DNA of 64,000 nt from an uncultured Bacilli bacterium. GTDB lineage: Bacteria > Bacillota_I > Bacilli_A > RF39 > UBA660. The stretch lies in NCBI GenBank assembly GCA_934148015.1, contig CAKPCU010000001.1, positions 95,941 to 159,940 of the forward strand, in the 5' to 3' direction. The position numbers and the translations under genes are program-made. The notes beneath the pieces are model-generated. The model saw only the letters and a list, made by a program, of their open reading frames with translations. It was not told where the DNA came from and did not search any database. The first letter of the stretch is position 1, and each line of letters begins with the position of its first letter. Of this stretch, positions 1-8,482 are shown in pieces.

Positions 1-1
1 G

Positions 2-1438
2 ATAGATAAGGTTGGTTCTTCACTTAGTGCAACAATAACAAGTAATAAAATAATTGAAATAATATCTAAAAGTTCTATATCAAAAGAAAATGCTGAAAAG
101 GTTGGAATAAAAGTTAAAAATAACCACACAGCAAGTTCTAATGCTATAGCTTTTAAGCAGTTAAAAGATGAAAAAAACTACCAAAATGTAATTAAGGTTG
201 TTGGAACTACAAAAAACAGTGCTATTTATGTTTATACTCCAAAATACCAATTAAAAGTGGTAAAAGTAGATGCTGATGATTCTGATACTAAAATAGAAGG
301 TGCCAAATTTTATGTATGTAATAATTCTTTATGTGGTAGTTCTAATGCTATAGAAACTATTACTACTAATGAAAATGGTGAAGCTACATGTAATAAATTA
401 GAAAGACCAGGAACTTATTACATTAAGGAAGCTGAAGCACCAACTGGATATCTTTCTGATGATAAAACATATAGTGTCCTTGTAACAAAGGAAAATGAAA
501 CTTATACATCTTCTTATGCAACACAAGAGATAAAAAATAAACAAAGTGAATTTACTTTAAATAAAAAAGTTTGGGATGAGGATAGTGGATCAGAAATAAC
601 TCTCCCAGAAACTAGTGAATACGATGAAGAAGGTAATTATATAGGTCCAAAGTTTGTAGTTAGTTATGGTAAAAAATATTTAGTTTTTGATTCTACTGAA
701 GATGGCGTATATACTTATAAAGACGAAGTTGACTCACTTGATGAAGCTACGAAATTAAAGACATTTAACGGTTCATTTAAAATAACCAAAATGCCTAGTT
801 GTAAGTATTATTTAACCGAACAGGAAGCACCAAAAGGACAAACACTTCCTAAAAATCCATCTATAAATATAGATGTTTGTTCAGAGGGAAATGAAGCTAA
901 TTTTGTTAATGGATTTACAGGATTAGAATTTACTAAAAGAAGTGAAACTGGACAAGTATTGAGTGGCGGAGAATTTACTCTTCAAGTTAAGGAAAATAAT
1001 TATTATAAAGATATACTATTAAAAGAGTCAAAACCTGGTTTGTATTACTATGAAAAAGGTTTGACTGAAGAAGATGAATCTGCAACTTATATATTTAAAA
1101 CTGGTGATGGAACAGATATAAGTATTGGTAAAGCATTCTTTAAAAATTTACCTTCAGGAGAATATAGAATAATAGAGAAGTCTGCTCCAGATGGATATGA
1201 ATTAATAGAAGATAAAGATTCAACATCAATAGTATCTATAAGCGATGCAAATAAGGATACAAATTATACCGTTGAAATGGTAAATAGAAAAATTAATACT
1301 TCTGGTGGGGAGGCATCAGCTGAACTTGTTGTTACAATTACAACAGGAAGATTAATTATCAATTACGCTTTAGTAATTGGAGGACTAGTTGCATTATTAG
1401 TAATTATATATTTAGTAAGAAAGAAAATTAAGAAATAG
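2..1438 (+). CDS. Cell-surface adhesin, C-terminal part (5' end lies outside the window); Cna-B/SpaA-type repeat domains
   Basis: The frame of ORF 257..1438 has no stop back to nt 2, so the listed GTG is internal. Repeats of the Cna-B type are present (VKVDADD..GAKFYV..PGTYYIKEAEAPTGY; GEYRIIEKSAPDGYEL). The C-terminus has a hydrophobic helix plus an RKKIKK tail. Confidence 0.7.
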   Translation: MDKVGSSLSATITSNKIIEIISKSSISKENAEKVGIKVKNNHTASSNAIAFKQLKDEKNYQNVIKVVGTTKNSAIYVYTPKYQLKVVKVDADDSDTKIEGAKFYVCNNSLCGSSNAIETITTNENGEATCNKLERPGTYYIKEAEAPTGYLSDDKTYSVLVTKENETYTSSYATQEIKNKQSEFTLNKKVWDEDSGSEITLPETSEYDEEGNYIGPKFVVSYGKKYLVFDSTEDGVYTYKDEVDSLDEATKLKTFNGSFKITKMPSCKYYLTEQEAPKGQTLPKNPSINIDVCSEGNEANFVNGFTGLEFTKRSETGQVLSGGEFTLQVKENNYYKDILLKESKPGLYYYEKGLTEEDESATYIFKTGDGTDISIGKAFFKNLPSGEYRIIEKSAPDGYELIEDKDSTSIVSISDANKDTNYTVEMVNRKINTSGGEASAELVVTITTGRLIINYALVIGGLVALLVIIYLVRKKIKK

Positions 1439-1484
1439 CATCTTTTAATTTTATGATACAATGTAATTGATAGGAGTTGATATA

Positions 1485-1742
1485 ATGGAGATTACAAACA
1501 TTAGAATTCAAAAAGCTGAAAATGATAATTCCAGAATGGTAGGCTATGCCGAAATTGTTTTTGATGACTGCCTTAAAATCAATGGAATAAGAATAATAAA
1601 GGGAGATAACAGGATTTTTGCAGCAATGCCAAACAAAAAAATGCAAGATGGAAAGTATAAGGACTATGTTCATCCTATAAATGAAGAACTTAGAAATAAA
1701 ATAGATAAGGCTGTTGAAGAAGCTTATATTAAAAGTTGTTAA
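1485..1742 (+). CDS. spoVG: Septation/sporulation regulator SpoVG
   Basis: MEITNIRIQK..GYAEIVFDDCLKINGIRII..FAAMPNKK is a typical SpoVG sequence. ATG 1485 follows the RBS taggag. Confidence 0.9.
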   Translation: MEITNIRIQKAENDNSRMVGYAEIVFDDCLKINGIRIIKGDNRIFAAMPNKKMQDGKYKDYVHPINEELRNKIDKAVEEAYIKSC

Positions 1743-1802
1743 GATTATGATTTATTCATAATCTTTTTAAGTGTTAATATAATTTATTAAGGAGGCCTAT
1801 CT

Positions 1803-2093
1803 ATGAATAAAGAGCTTGATAAGATTGATTTAGCCAATCACAGTGTTAGTATAGTAGGAAGACAAACATTAAATATAAGTGGTATATCCAAAATAGATAG
1901 TTTTGACAGTGAAGAGTTTTTGCTTGAAACGTCGATGGGACCACTTGGAATTAAAGGAAAAGAATTGGAAATTATAAAACTAGATACATATGATGGTACA
2001 ATAGTTATAAAAGGTGTTATAGATGGGTTAACATATTTTGATTCAACTAAGAAAAAAAAGGATGAAACTGTAATATCGAGGTTATTTAAATAA
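1803..2093 (+). CDS. yabP: Sporulation protein YabP
   Basis: Matches the YabP pattern (SFDSEEFLLETSMGPLGIKGKELEIIKLD..IKG). RBS aaggagg. Followed by yabQ and divIC as in Bacillus. Confidence 0.8.
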   Translation: MNKELDKIDLANHSVSIVGRQTLNISGISKIDSFDSEEFLLETSMGPLGIKGKELEIIKLDTYDGTIVIKGVIDGLTYFDSTKKKKDETVISRLFK

Positions 2094-2353
2094 TGACTTT
2101 AGATGAGCAAATAAAAGTTATTTTCTATTCTTTTATATATGGAATGTTTTATTATGCTACATATAAGATGTTAAAAAAAATCACATTAAGAAAAAAAATA
2201 AAGTTATTAATAGAATTTTTATTTTCAATATCACATGTTTTATTATTTTATATACTTTTATTTTTAATAAATGGTGGTGCTTTAAGTTTTTATATATTAA
2301 TATTTTTTAGTTTAGGAAATATTTTTTGTCGTTTACTTTACTTTAATAATTAA
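2093..2353 (+). CDS. yabQ: Spore cortex biosynthesis protein YabQ-like membrane protein
   Basis: Start overlaps the yabP stop (taATG). Small polytopic membrane protein in the yabP-yabQ-divIC position. Confidence 0.6.
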   Translation: MTLDEQIKVIFYSFIYGMFYYATYKMLKKITLRKKIKLLIEFLFSISHVLLFYILLFLINGGALSFYILIFFSLGNIFCRLLYFNN

Positions 2354-2406
2354 AACACTTGCAAAAAAATAAGTTCTATATATAATTATAATTGGGTGAT
2401 AGTATA

Positions 2407-2712
2407 ATGAAAAAAAATTCTACTAGCAAGACAAATAAAATAAAAAGAAAAAATAGTTTTACTTTGAAACTTTTGATTTGTATAATCATTATAGGAATGA
2501 GTATTATATCATCATATGATAATATAAACAAGATAAGATTAAAGAGAAAAGAAAAGAAAAACTTAACTTTACAATTAGAAAAATTAAAAGAGAAAGAAAC
2601 TATTTTAACAGATGATGTTGATAAATTGAAAAATCCGGAGTATGCAGCTAGATATGCAAGAGAAAAGTACTTTTATTCAAAAAATGGTGAAAAAATTCTT
2701 AAAATAGATTAG
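2407..2712 (+). CDS. divIC: Septum formation initiator (DivIC/FtsB family)
   Basis: N-terminal TM segment, a coiled coil (LQLEKLKEKETIL), and the conserved NPEYAARYAREKYFYSKNGEKI tail. ATG 2407 is preferred over the upstream alternative start. Confidence 0.75.
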   Translation: MKKNSTSKTNKIKRKNSFTLKLLICIIIIGMSIISSYDNINKIRLKRKEKKNLTLQLEKLKEKETILTDDVDKLKNPEYAARYAREKYFYSKNGEKILKID

Positions 2713-2774
2713 CAAGGTTAGACCTTGTTTTTTGTGTGTTTTGTGATAAAATATTCATATTGGTGGTGATAATT

Positions 2775-3149
2775 ATGAATCCTAATATAATGAATACTCT
2801 TTCTTTAGCATATTTAGGTGATGCTGTATATGAGGTTCTAGTTAGAAATTATTTGCTAAATAGTGGTATGTATAATATAAATGAGTTAAATAAAAAGCAA
2901 AAAGAATATGTTAGTGCAAGTAGTCAATCTGAAATATTAGATAGACTAATTAAAAACAATGTTTTATTGGATAGCGAATTATCACTAATTACTAGAGCGA
3001 GAAATCATAAGGTTAATTCAAAACCAAGGCATGTAAGTGTTGTAACATATAAAAAAGCCACGGCACTTGAGGCGTTGTTTGGAATTTTGTATATAAAAAA
3101 TGATACACAAAGAATTAATGAAATTTTTATGAAAATTGTAGGTGAATAA
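2775..3149 (+). CDS. mrnC: Mini-ribonuclease III
   Basis: LAYLGDAVYE signature, ~125 aa, located directly upstream of rlmB and sigH as in Bacillus. RBS ggtggtga precedes ATG 2775. Confidence 0.8.
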   Translation: MNPNIMNTLSLAYLGDAVYEVLVRNYLLNSGMYNINELNKKQKEYVSASSQSEILDRLIKNNVLLDSELSLITRARNHKVNSKPRHVSVVTYKKATALEALFGILYIKNDTQRINEIFMKIVGE

Positions 3150-3150
3150 T

Positions 3151-3864
3151 ATGTATGTTTACGGAAGAAATGTTGCTAAAGAATTACTGAAAAATAAAAA
3201 AGTTATTAAAAAAGCATATCTTATGAATGGCTTTAAAGAAGATGAAATATTAAATTTATTAAACGTAAATAATATATGTATAGAATATTTGGATAAAAGA
3301 CAACTTGATAAGTTAGAAGATGGAAATCATCAAGGAATAATATTACAAATAGAAGATTATAAGTATTTAAATTTAAATGATATGTTAAATAGTTTGCCAG
3401 AAAACCCTTTTATAGTAATATTAGACCATTTAGAAGATCCACATAACTTTGGGGCAATAATTAGAACTTGTGAGGCTGCTGGAGTTCATTATATAGTAAT
3501 CCCAAAAGATAGAAGTGTAAGTATAAACTCTACTGTTATGAAAACTAGTGTTGGTGCTTTAGATAATGTTAAAATAGTTATGGCAACAAATTTAAATGCA
3601 TGTATTAATGAACTTAAGAAAAATGGAGTTTGGATTGTCGGAACAGATATGGAAAACAGTAGTTGTTATGATGAGATAGATTATAGAACCCCAACGGCTC
3701 TTGTTATTGGTAGTGAGGGTTTTGGAATGAGCAATCTAGTTAAGAAAAATTGTGATTTTATAGCTAAAATACCAATGAATGGTAAAATAAATAGTTTAAA
3801 TGCATCGGTTGCGGCGGGTATTATGATATATGAGGTAGTAAGACAACGAAAGACAGGTGTTTAA
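3151..3864 (+). CDS. rlmB: 23S rRNA (guanosine-2'-O)-methyltransferase RlmB (SpoU/TrmH family)
   Basis: SpoU motifs (LDHLEDPHNFGAIIRTCEAAG, LVIGSEGFGMS, NSLNASVAAGI). RBS aggtga lies 6 nt before ATG 3151. Confidence 0.85.
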   Translation: MYVYGRNVAKELLKNKKVIKKAYLMNGFKEDEILNLLNVNNICIEYLDKRQLDKLEDGNHQGIILQIEDYKYLNLNDMLNSLPENPFIVILDHLEDPHNFGAIIRTCEAAGVHYIVIPKDRSVSINSTVMKTSVGALDNVKIVMATNLNACINELKKNGVWIVGTDMENSSCYDEIDYRTPTALVIGSEGFGMSNLVKKNCDFIAKIPMNGKINSLNASVAAGIMIYEVVRQRKTGV

Positions 3865-4494
3865 ATGAATACGAAAGATAATGAATATCTTGATTGTAAT
3901 GATTATGAATTATTATACTTAATTTCTGATAATAATGAAGAAGCAAATGAAATAATTTTTAGCAAATATAAACCTGTAATTGAATTTTATGCTAAAAAAT
4001 ACCTGCCATGTGTTATAAACAAAGGAATAGATTATAATGACTTATATCAAGAGGGACTTATAGGTCTTGATTCAGCGTTAGAAAATTTTAAAGAACAAAA
4101 GAATATAAAATTTTCTACATTTGCATTTACTTGTATAGAAAGAAAGATTTTATCTGCTGTCAAAATTGCTAGTAGGAAAAAACATAGCGTTCTTAATGAT
4201 TCATTGTCAATAGATGAAAGTATTAATGCTGGAGATATAACATATGGTGATGTTATTTCATCAGATGATATTAATGTTGAAGAAAAATTAATAATAAAGG
4301 AAAGGCAAGAAGAACTTGATAAGAGGCTTAATTTAGATTTAACATCTTTTGAAAGGGAAGTCTATAAACTTAGAATTAGTGGGTTTAGTTATGATGAAAT
4401 TTCAAAGAAATTAAATAAAACAAAAAAGTCAATTGAGAGTTCACTTGCAAGAATAAAAGTTAAAATAAAAAAAATAATGGAAGAAATAAATTGA
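3865..4494 (+). CDS. sigH: RNA polymerase sigma factor SigH
   Basis: Region 2 (DLYQEGLIGLDSALENFKEQKNIKFSTFAFTCIERKILSAVKIASRKKH) closely parallels B. subtilis SigH. The position before secE-nusG is conserved. Confidence 0.85.
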   Translation: MNTKDNEYLDCNDYELLYLISDNNEEANEIIFSKYKPVIEFYAKKYLPCVINKGIDYNDLYQEGLIGLDSALENFKEQKNIKFSTFAFTCIERKILSAVKIASRKKHSVLNDSLSIDESINAGDITYGDVISSDDINVEEKLIIKERQEELDKRLNLDLTSFEREVYKLRISGFSYDEISKKLNKTKKSIESSLARIKVKIKKIMEEIN

Positions 4495-4572
4495 CTGTTT
4501 TAAATTTTTGTGCTACTATTTAATTAGTTAAGCACTTTTGTGTTTTTTTATTTTGAAATAAAGGAGAATTTT

Positions 4573-4791
4573 ATGGCAAAACAAAAACAAAGAAAAAACT
4601 TATTTGTGTTTTTAAAAGATTTCTTTTCTGATGTAAAAAAAGAAGGTAAAAAAGTAATATGGACTTCTAAGAAAAATTTACTTAAATATTCTATAGCAAC
4701 ACTTGCTTTTATGTTATTTATTTGTTTGTTTTTCGTAGGAACTGATTTAATTATTGCATTAATGTCATATGTAAAGGAGCTAGTTAAATAA
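4573..4791 (+). CDS. secE: Preprotein translocase subunit SecE
   Basis: Small protein with a single C-terminal TM segment (KVIWTSKKNLLKYSIATLAFMLF). RBS aaaggag precedes ATG 4573. Upstream of nusG. Confidence 0.85.
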   Translation: MAKQKQRKNLFVFLKDFFSDVKKEGKKVIWTSKKNLLKYSIATLAFMLFICLFFVGTDLIIALMSYVKELVK

Positions 4792-4792
4792 T

Positions 4793-5329
4793 ATGGAAGA
4801 GAAAAAGTGGTATGTTGTTAATACTTATTCTGGACATGAAGCTAAAGTAAAAGAAAAGCTAGATATGAGAATAAATTCTATGGATATGCAAGAAAACATA
4901 TTCAGAGTAATTGTTCCTGAAAGAAAAGAAGTAGAAATAAAAGATGGAAAGAAAAAAGAAAAGTTAAAAAAATTATTTCCTGGTTATGTATTAGTAGAAA
5001 TGATCATGTCTGATGAGTCTTGGTATATCGTACGTAATACACCAGGAGTAACTGGATTTTTAGGATCATCTGGTAAGGGCGCTAAACCTGTTCCATTATA
5101 TGATGAAGAAGTAGAAAGAATATTCAAAGAAATTGGATATAACGAAAATGTTGTTGTGGCAGATTATGAACCTGGAGATAATGTTAAAATTGTTGATGGA
5201 CCATTTAAGATGTTACAAGGTAAGATTATTGATGTTGATAAAGAAGCTGGAAAAGCTAATGTTTCAATCGATTTATTTGGACAAGAAACTAATGTTGAGT
5301 TAGAATTGACTCAATTTACAAAGGAATAA
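4793..5329 (+). CDS. nusG: Transcription termination/antitermination factor NusG
   Basis: KWYVVNTYSGHE start, an FPGYVLVEM motif, and a C-terminal KOW domain. Confidence 0.95.
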   Translation: MEEKKWYVVNTYSGHEAKVKEKLDMRINSMDMQENIFRVIVPERKEVEIKDGKKKEKLKKLFPGYVLVEMIMSDESWYIVRNTPGVTGFLGSSGKGAKPVPLYDEEVERIFKEIGYNENVVVADYEPGDNVKIVDGPFKMLQGKIIDVDKEAGKANVSIDLFGQETNVELELTQFTKE

Positions 5330-5342
5330 AAGTAAAAAAGTA

Positions 5343-5372
5343 TTGCTTTTATCATATAAGCTGTGTTAAAAT
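5343..5372 (+). promoter_or_regulatory. Sigma-A type promoter for the rplK-rplA leader
   Basis: TTGCTT (5343-5348), an 18-nt spacer ending in TGT, then TAAAAT (5367-5372). A ~120-nt structured leader follows before rplK. Confidence 0.45.
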
Positions 5373-5491
5373 GTTAGTCGCAGCTATATATTTTATATAG
5401 ATGATGAAAGAAAAATTAGTGGAAGGCGCGGATTTAAAATAAAAGCTATTTGACCACTCGCGAAAAAATTTATTAATAGGAGGTGTTTTTC

Positions 5492-5917
5492 GTGGCAAAG
5501 GAATTAATTAGAAAATTAAAGTTACAATTACCAGCAGGTAAAGCTACACCTGCTCCACCAGTAGGTACTGCACTTGGACCATTAGGTGTAAATTCTGGTG
5601 AATTTTGTGTTAAATATAATGATGCAACAAGAGATAGAATGGGAGATATCGTTCCAGTTGAGATTTCTGTATATGATGACAGAAGTTATGAACTAAGATT
5701 TTTAACTCCACCAACAGCATTCTTACTTAAGAAGTTTGCTAAAGTTAAAAAAGGTTCAGCAAAGGGAAGTGCAGAAGTTATTGGAAGTATTACAGAAGCA
5801 CAATTAAAAGAAATTGCTGAAATTAAATTACCTGATTTAAATGCATATACTGTAGAAGAAGCTATGAAAATAGTTGCTGGTACTGCTAAGAATATGGGTA
5901 TTGAAATTAAAGATTAG
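5492..5917 (+). CDS. rplK: 50S ribosomal protein L11
   Basis: AKELIRKLKLQLPAGKATPAPPVGTALGP. GTG 5492 lies 8 nt after aggagg. The listed 5483 start is less likely. Confidence 0.95.
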   Translation: MAKELIRKLKLQLPAGKATPAPPVGTALGPLGVNSGEFCVKYNDATRDRMGDIVPVEISVYDDRSYELRFLTPPTAFLLKKFAKVKKGSAKGSAEVIGSITEAQLKEIAEIKLPDLNAYTVEEAMKIVAGTAKNMGIEIKD

Positions 5918-5953
5918 TAAAATATAATAATAAATACATATAGATTTATCTAT

Positions 5954-5979
5954 GTGGGAGGAAAATCCGCTTATACCAC
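5954..5979 (+). promoter_or_regulatory. Candidate L1-binding (autoregulatory) stem-loop just upstream of the rplA RBS
   Basis: GTGG(5954-5957)GAGGAAAATCCGCTTATA CCAC(5976-5979) sits immediately 5' of SD aggagg (5981-5986). The GGGAG-containing helix resembles an L1 stalk mimic. Inference only. Confidence 0.25.
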
Positions 5980-5993
5980 AAGGAGGTAAGAAA

Positions 5994-6692
5994 ATGAGAA
6001 AGAAAAGCAAAAAGTATACAGAAGCCTTAAATAAAATAGAAAAAGGTAAGTTATACACTTTAGAAGAAGCTGTAAATTTAGTTAAGGAAACTTCTACTTC
6101 TAAGTTTGATGGTACTGTTGAAATAGCAGTTAGATTAAACTTAGACACTAAGAAAAATGACCAACAATTAAGAGGAGCTATTGTTTTACCTAATGGAACT
6201 GGTAAGACTAAGAAAGTTTTAGTTTTAGCTAAGGGTGATGCTGCAAAAGCTGCAACAGATGCTGGAGCTGACTATGTTGGTGATGTTGATATGATTACTA
6301 AAATCGATAAAGAAAATTGGTTTGATTTTGATGTAATTATAGCAACTCCAGAAATGATGCCTTTATTAGGTAGATTAGGTAAGGTTTTAGGACCTAAAGG
6401 ATTAATGCCTAATCCAAAGACTGGTACAGTTACATTAGATACTAAAAAAGCTGTAGAGGATGTTAAAAAGGGTCGTGTTGAATATAGAACAGATTCTTAT
6501 GCAAACGTACATGCTATTGTTGGTAAAGTTTCATTTGATGGTGAAAAATTAGTAGAAAATATTAGAGCATTTATGGATGTTATAATTAAATCTAAACCAC
6601 AAGCTGCTAAAGGTATTTATTTAAAGGGCGTATCACTAGCTTCTACAATGGGTCCAGGAGTTAAAGTTGATTTAAGCTCATTTGACAAATAA
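5994..6692 (+). CDS. rplA: 50S ribosomal protein L1
   Basis: [12 protein letters not shown].. is a typical L1 N-terminus. ATG 5994 lies 7 nt after aggagg. The listed start 5952 has no RBS. Confidence 0.95.
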   Translation: MRKKSKKYTEALNKIEKGKLYTLEEAVNLVKETSTSKFDGTVEIAVRLNLDTKKNDQQLRGAIVLPNGTGKTKKVLVLAKGDAAKAATDAGADYVGDVDMITKIDKENWFDFDVIIATPEMMPLLGRLGKVLGPKGLMPNPKTGTVTLDTKKAVEDVKKGRVEYRTDSYANVHAIVGKVSFDGEKLVENIRAFMDVIIKSKPQAAKGIYLKGVSLASTMGPGVKVDLSSFDK

Positions 6693-6709
6693 TAAAAAAT
6701 AGTTATAAT
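6682..6709 (+). promoter_or_regulatory. Sigma-A type promoter for rplJ-rplL
   Basis: TTGACA (6682-6687), a 16-nt spacer, then TATAAT (6704-6709). It overlaps the end of rplA. Confidence 0.5.
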
Positions 6710-6855
6710 ATTGTTAGTTGATGTGTTATTCACATTAATTATAAAGTACCAAAGACAGTAGGAGCTAAATTTTAGCATAACTGTATTCCTACCGAGGACT
6801 AAGAATTCATATTAAAGGATTTTAAGGTCTTTGTGTCTTTGCAAAGACCTTTTAA
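6710..6855 (+). promoter_or_regulatory. Ribosomal protein L10 leader with attenuator hairpin
   Basis: Long structured leader before rplJ with a GTAGGA..TCCTAC helix. It ends in a hairpin AAGGTCTTTG (6824-6833)/CAAAGACCTT (6842-6851) followed by TTTAATT. Position and architecture match the Firmicute L10 leader. Confidence 0.55.
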
Positions 6856-6891
6856 TTATAGGTACTTATTACTAAAGAAGGAGGTAAAATC

Positions 6892-7392
6892 ATGGCAAAT
6901 AAAGCTATAATAGCTAGAAAAGAAGAAGTTGTTAATGAAATTAAAGATCGCGTAGAAAATGCAAATAGTATCGTTTTATTCGATTACCGTGGATTAACTG
7001 ATGCTGAAATTACCGATTTACGTCGTAAATTACGTGAGCAAGAATCTTCTTATAAAGTATATAAAAATACTTTAACTAAGAGAGCTTTTGATATGTTATC
7101 TATAGATTTAGATAATTGTTTAGAAGGTCCATCTGCTATGGCTACATCTGAAGATGCTATTGCACCTATTAAGGTTTTAGCAGACTTCGCTAAAGATCAT
7201 CCAGCACTTGAATTAAAAGGTGGATATGTTGATGGTAAAGTAGCTACATTAGCTGAATTAAATGAACTTGCAACAATACCATCAAGAGATGGATTATTAA
7301 CAATGCTTGCTGCAGGATTAATGGAACATGTTAAAAATGTTGCAATCTGTCTTGACTTACATAGTCAAAATCTAGAAGAAGAAAATAATTAA
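6892..7392 (+). CDS. rplJ: 50S ribosomal protein L10
   Basis: Typical L10 sequence with RBS aaggagg. Confidence 0.95.
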   Translation: MANKAIIARKEEVVNEIKDRVENANSIVLFDYRGLTDAEITDLRRKLREQESSYKVYKNTLTKRAFDMLSIDLDNCLEGPSAMATSEDAIAPIKVLADFAKDHPALELKGGYVDGKVATLAELNELATIPSRDGLLTMLAAGLMEHVKNVAICLDLHSQNLEEENN

Positions 7393-7411
7393 TATTAGGG
7401 AGGAAAATATA

Positions 7412-7777
7412 ATGGCAAAATTAAGTACACAAGAAATTATTGATGCAATAAAAGAAATGAAAATTCTTGAAGTAAAAGAATTAGTAGATGCAATGAAAGA
7501 GGAATTTGGAGTAGATCCATCAGCTGTAGCTGTAGCTGCTGCTCCAGTAGCTGCTGCTGCTGAAGAAAAAACTTCTGCAACTGTAGTATTAAAAGATGCT
7601 GGATCAGCTAAGATCCAAGTTATCAAAGCAATCAGAGATATTACTGGTTTAGGATTAATGGAAGCTAAGAAGCTAGCTGATGAAGGAGGAAACGTTAAAG
7701 AAAACGCTCCTATGGATGAAGCTAATGATATCAAAGCTAAGCTTGAAGAAGCTGGCGCAACAGTTGAACTTGCTTAA
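7412..7777 (+). CDS. rplL: 50S ribosomal protein L7/L12
   Basis: Ala-rich hinge (AVAVAAAPVAAAAEEK) and a C-terminal domain GLGLMEAKKLADEGG. Confidence 0.95.
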   Translation: MAKLSTQEIIDAIKEMKILEVKELVDAMKEEFGVDPSAVAVAAAPVAAAAEEKTSATVVLKDAGSAKIQVIKAIRDITGLGLMEAKKLADEGGNVKENAPMDEANDIKAKLEEAGATVELA

Positions 7778-7797
7778 TTTAGATAATAAGTACTTAA

Positions 7798-7823
7798 AGG
7801 ACTACTAATTGTAGTTCTTTTTT
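7798..7823 (+). terminator. Intrinsic terminator after rplL
   Basis: AGGACTAC (7798-7805)/GTAGTTCT (7811-7818), with one G-U pair, followed by a T5 run. Confidence 0.6.
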
Positions 7824-7848
7824 GATATAATCATTACGGTGATAGAAA

Positions 7849-8439
7849 ATGGCACATTATTTTACAAATGAGGAAAATTTAAAATCAGAAATAGAAAAGG
7901 TAAATGTAGTTATCCACAATATAACTTTTTATTTTTATACAGATAATGGAGTGTTTTCCAAGGGAGAACTTGACTTTGGTACAGAGTTATTATTAAAAAC
8001 TTTTAAATATAATGATTCATCTGTTAAGTCATTATTAGATATAGGATGTGGTTGTGGACCAATAGGAATATATGCTTCTAAATTAGGTTTTTTAGTTGAT
8101 ATGTCTGATATAAATAAAAGAGCAATACATTTATCTAAAATCTCCTTAAAGGAGCAGAACTTGAGTGCTAATGTTTTTGAATCTGATGCATATAGTAATA
8201 TTAATAAAAAATATGATTATATAGTATCTAATCCACCTATAAGGGTTGGTAAAGATAAACTATATGAAATAGTTATGAATGCAAAAAATCACTTAAATAG
8301 TAGTGGTGAACTTTGGATAGTTGTAAGAAAAAAACAGGGTGCATTATCTTTAGTAAGGGATATGAAAAGTGTTTATAAAAATGTTTATATAATAGAAAAA
8401 AAGAAAGGCTTTTTCATAATTAAAGCCTCTATTATATAA
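7849..8439 (+). CDS. Class I SAM-dependent methyltransferase (RsmC/YbxB-like)
   Basis: LLDIGCGCGPIG SAM-binding loop and a VSNPPIRVGK motif. Occupies the position of B. subtilis ybxB between rplL and rpoB. Confidence 0.8.
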   Translation: MAHYFTNEENLKSEIEKVNVVIHNITFYFYTDNGVFSKGELDFGTELLLKTFKYNDSSVKSLLDIGCGCGPIGIYASKLGFLVDMSDINKRAIHLSKISLKEQNLSANVFESDAYSNINKKYDYIVSNPPIRVGKDKLYEIVMNAKNHLNSSGELWIVVRKKQGALSLVRDMKSVYKNVYIIEKKKGFFIIKASII

Positions 8440-8482
8440 TAATTTAGTATTAAAAACATCTGAATTAAAATAAAAATAGGTG

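Noticed and set aside
4495-4572. Expected rpmG (L33) gene between sigH and secE.
   Set aside because: The spacer is 78 nt with no ORF, so the gene is simply not at this locus. This is not evidence that it is missing from the genome.
7372-7734. Antisense ORFs lying opposite highly conserved genes. Examples: 7372..7734 opposite rplL, 5837..6148, 10111..10446, 12982..13224, 25989..26207, 28100..28451, 31651..31941, 32064..32363, 37811..37999, 38106..38348, 43068..43292, 52184..52405, 53627..53827, 56187..56396, 58832..59140, 62457..62864.
   Set aside because: They are shadow frames of strongly supported genes on the other strand. They have no RBS and show low-complexity, Ser/Phe/Ile-rich translations typical of AT-rich antisense frames.
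7910-7918. Perfect DnaA boxes TTATCCACA at 7910-7918 and 26736-26744.
   Set aside because: They are isolated single boxes inside coding sequence, not clustered or near an AT-rich unwinding element. They are compatible with chance in an AT-rich 64-kb window.
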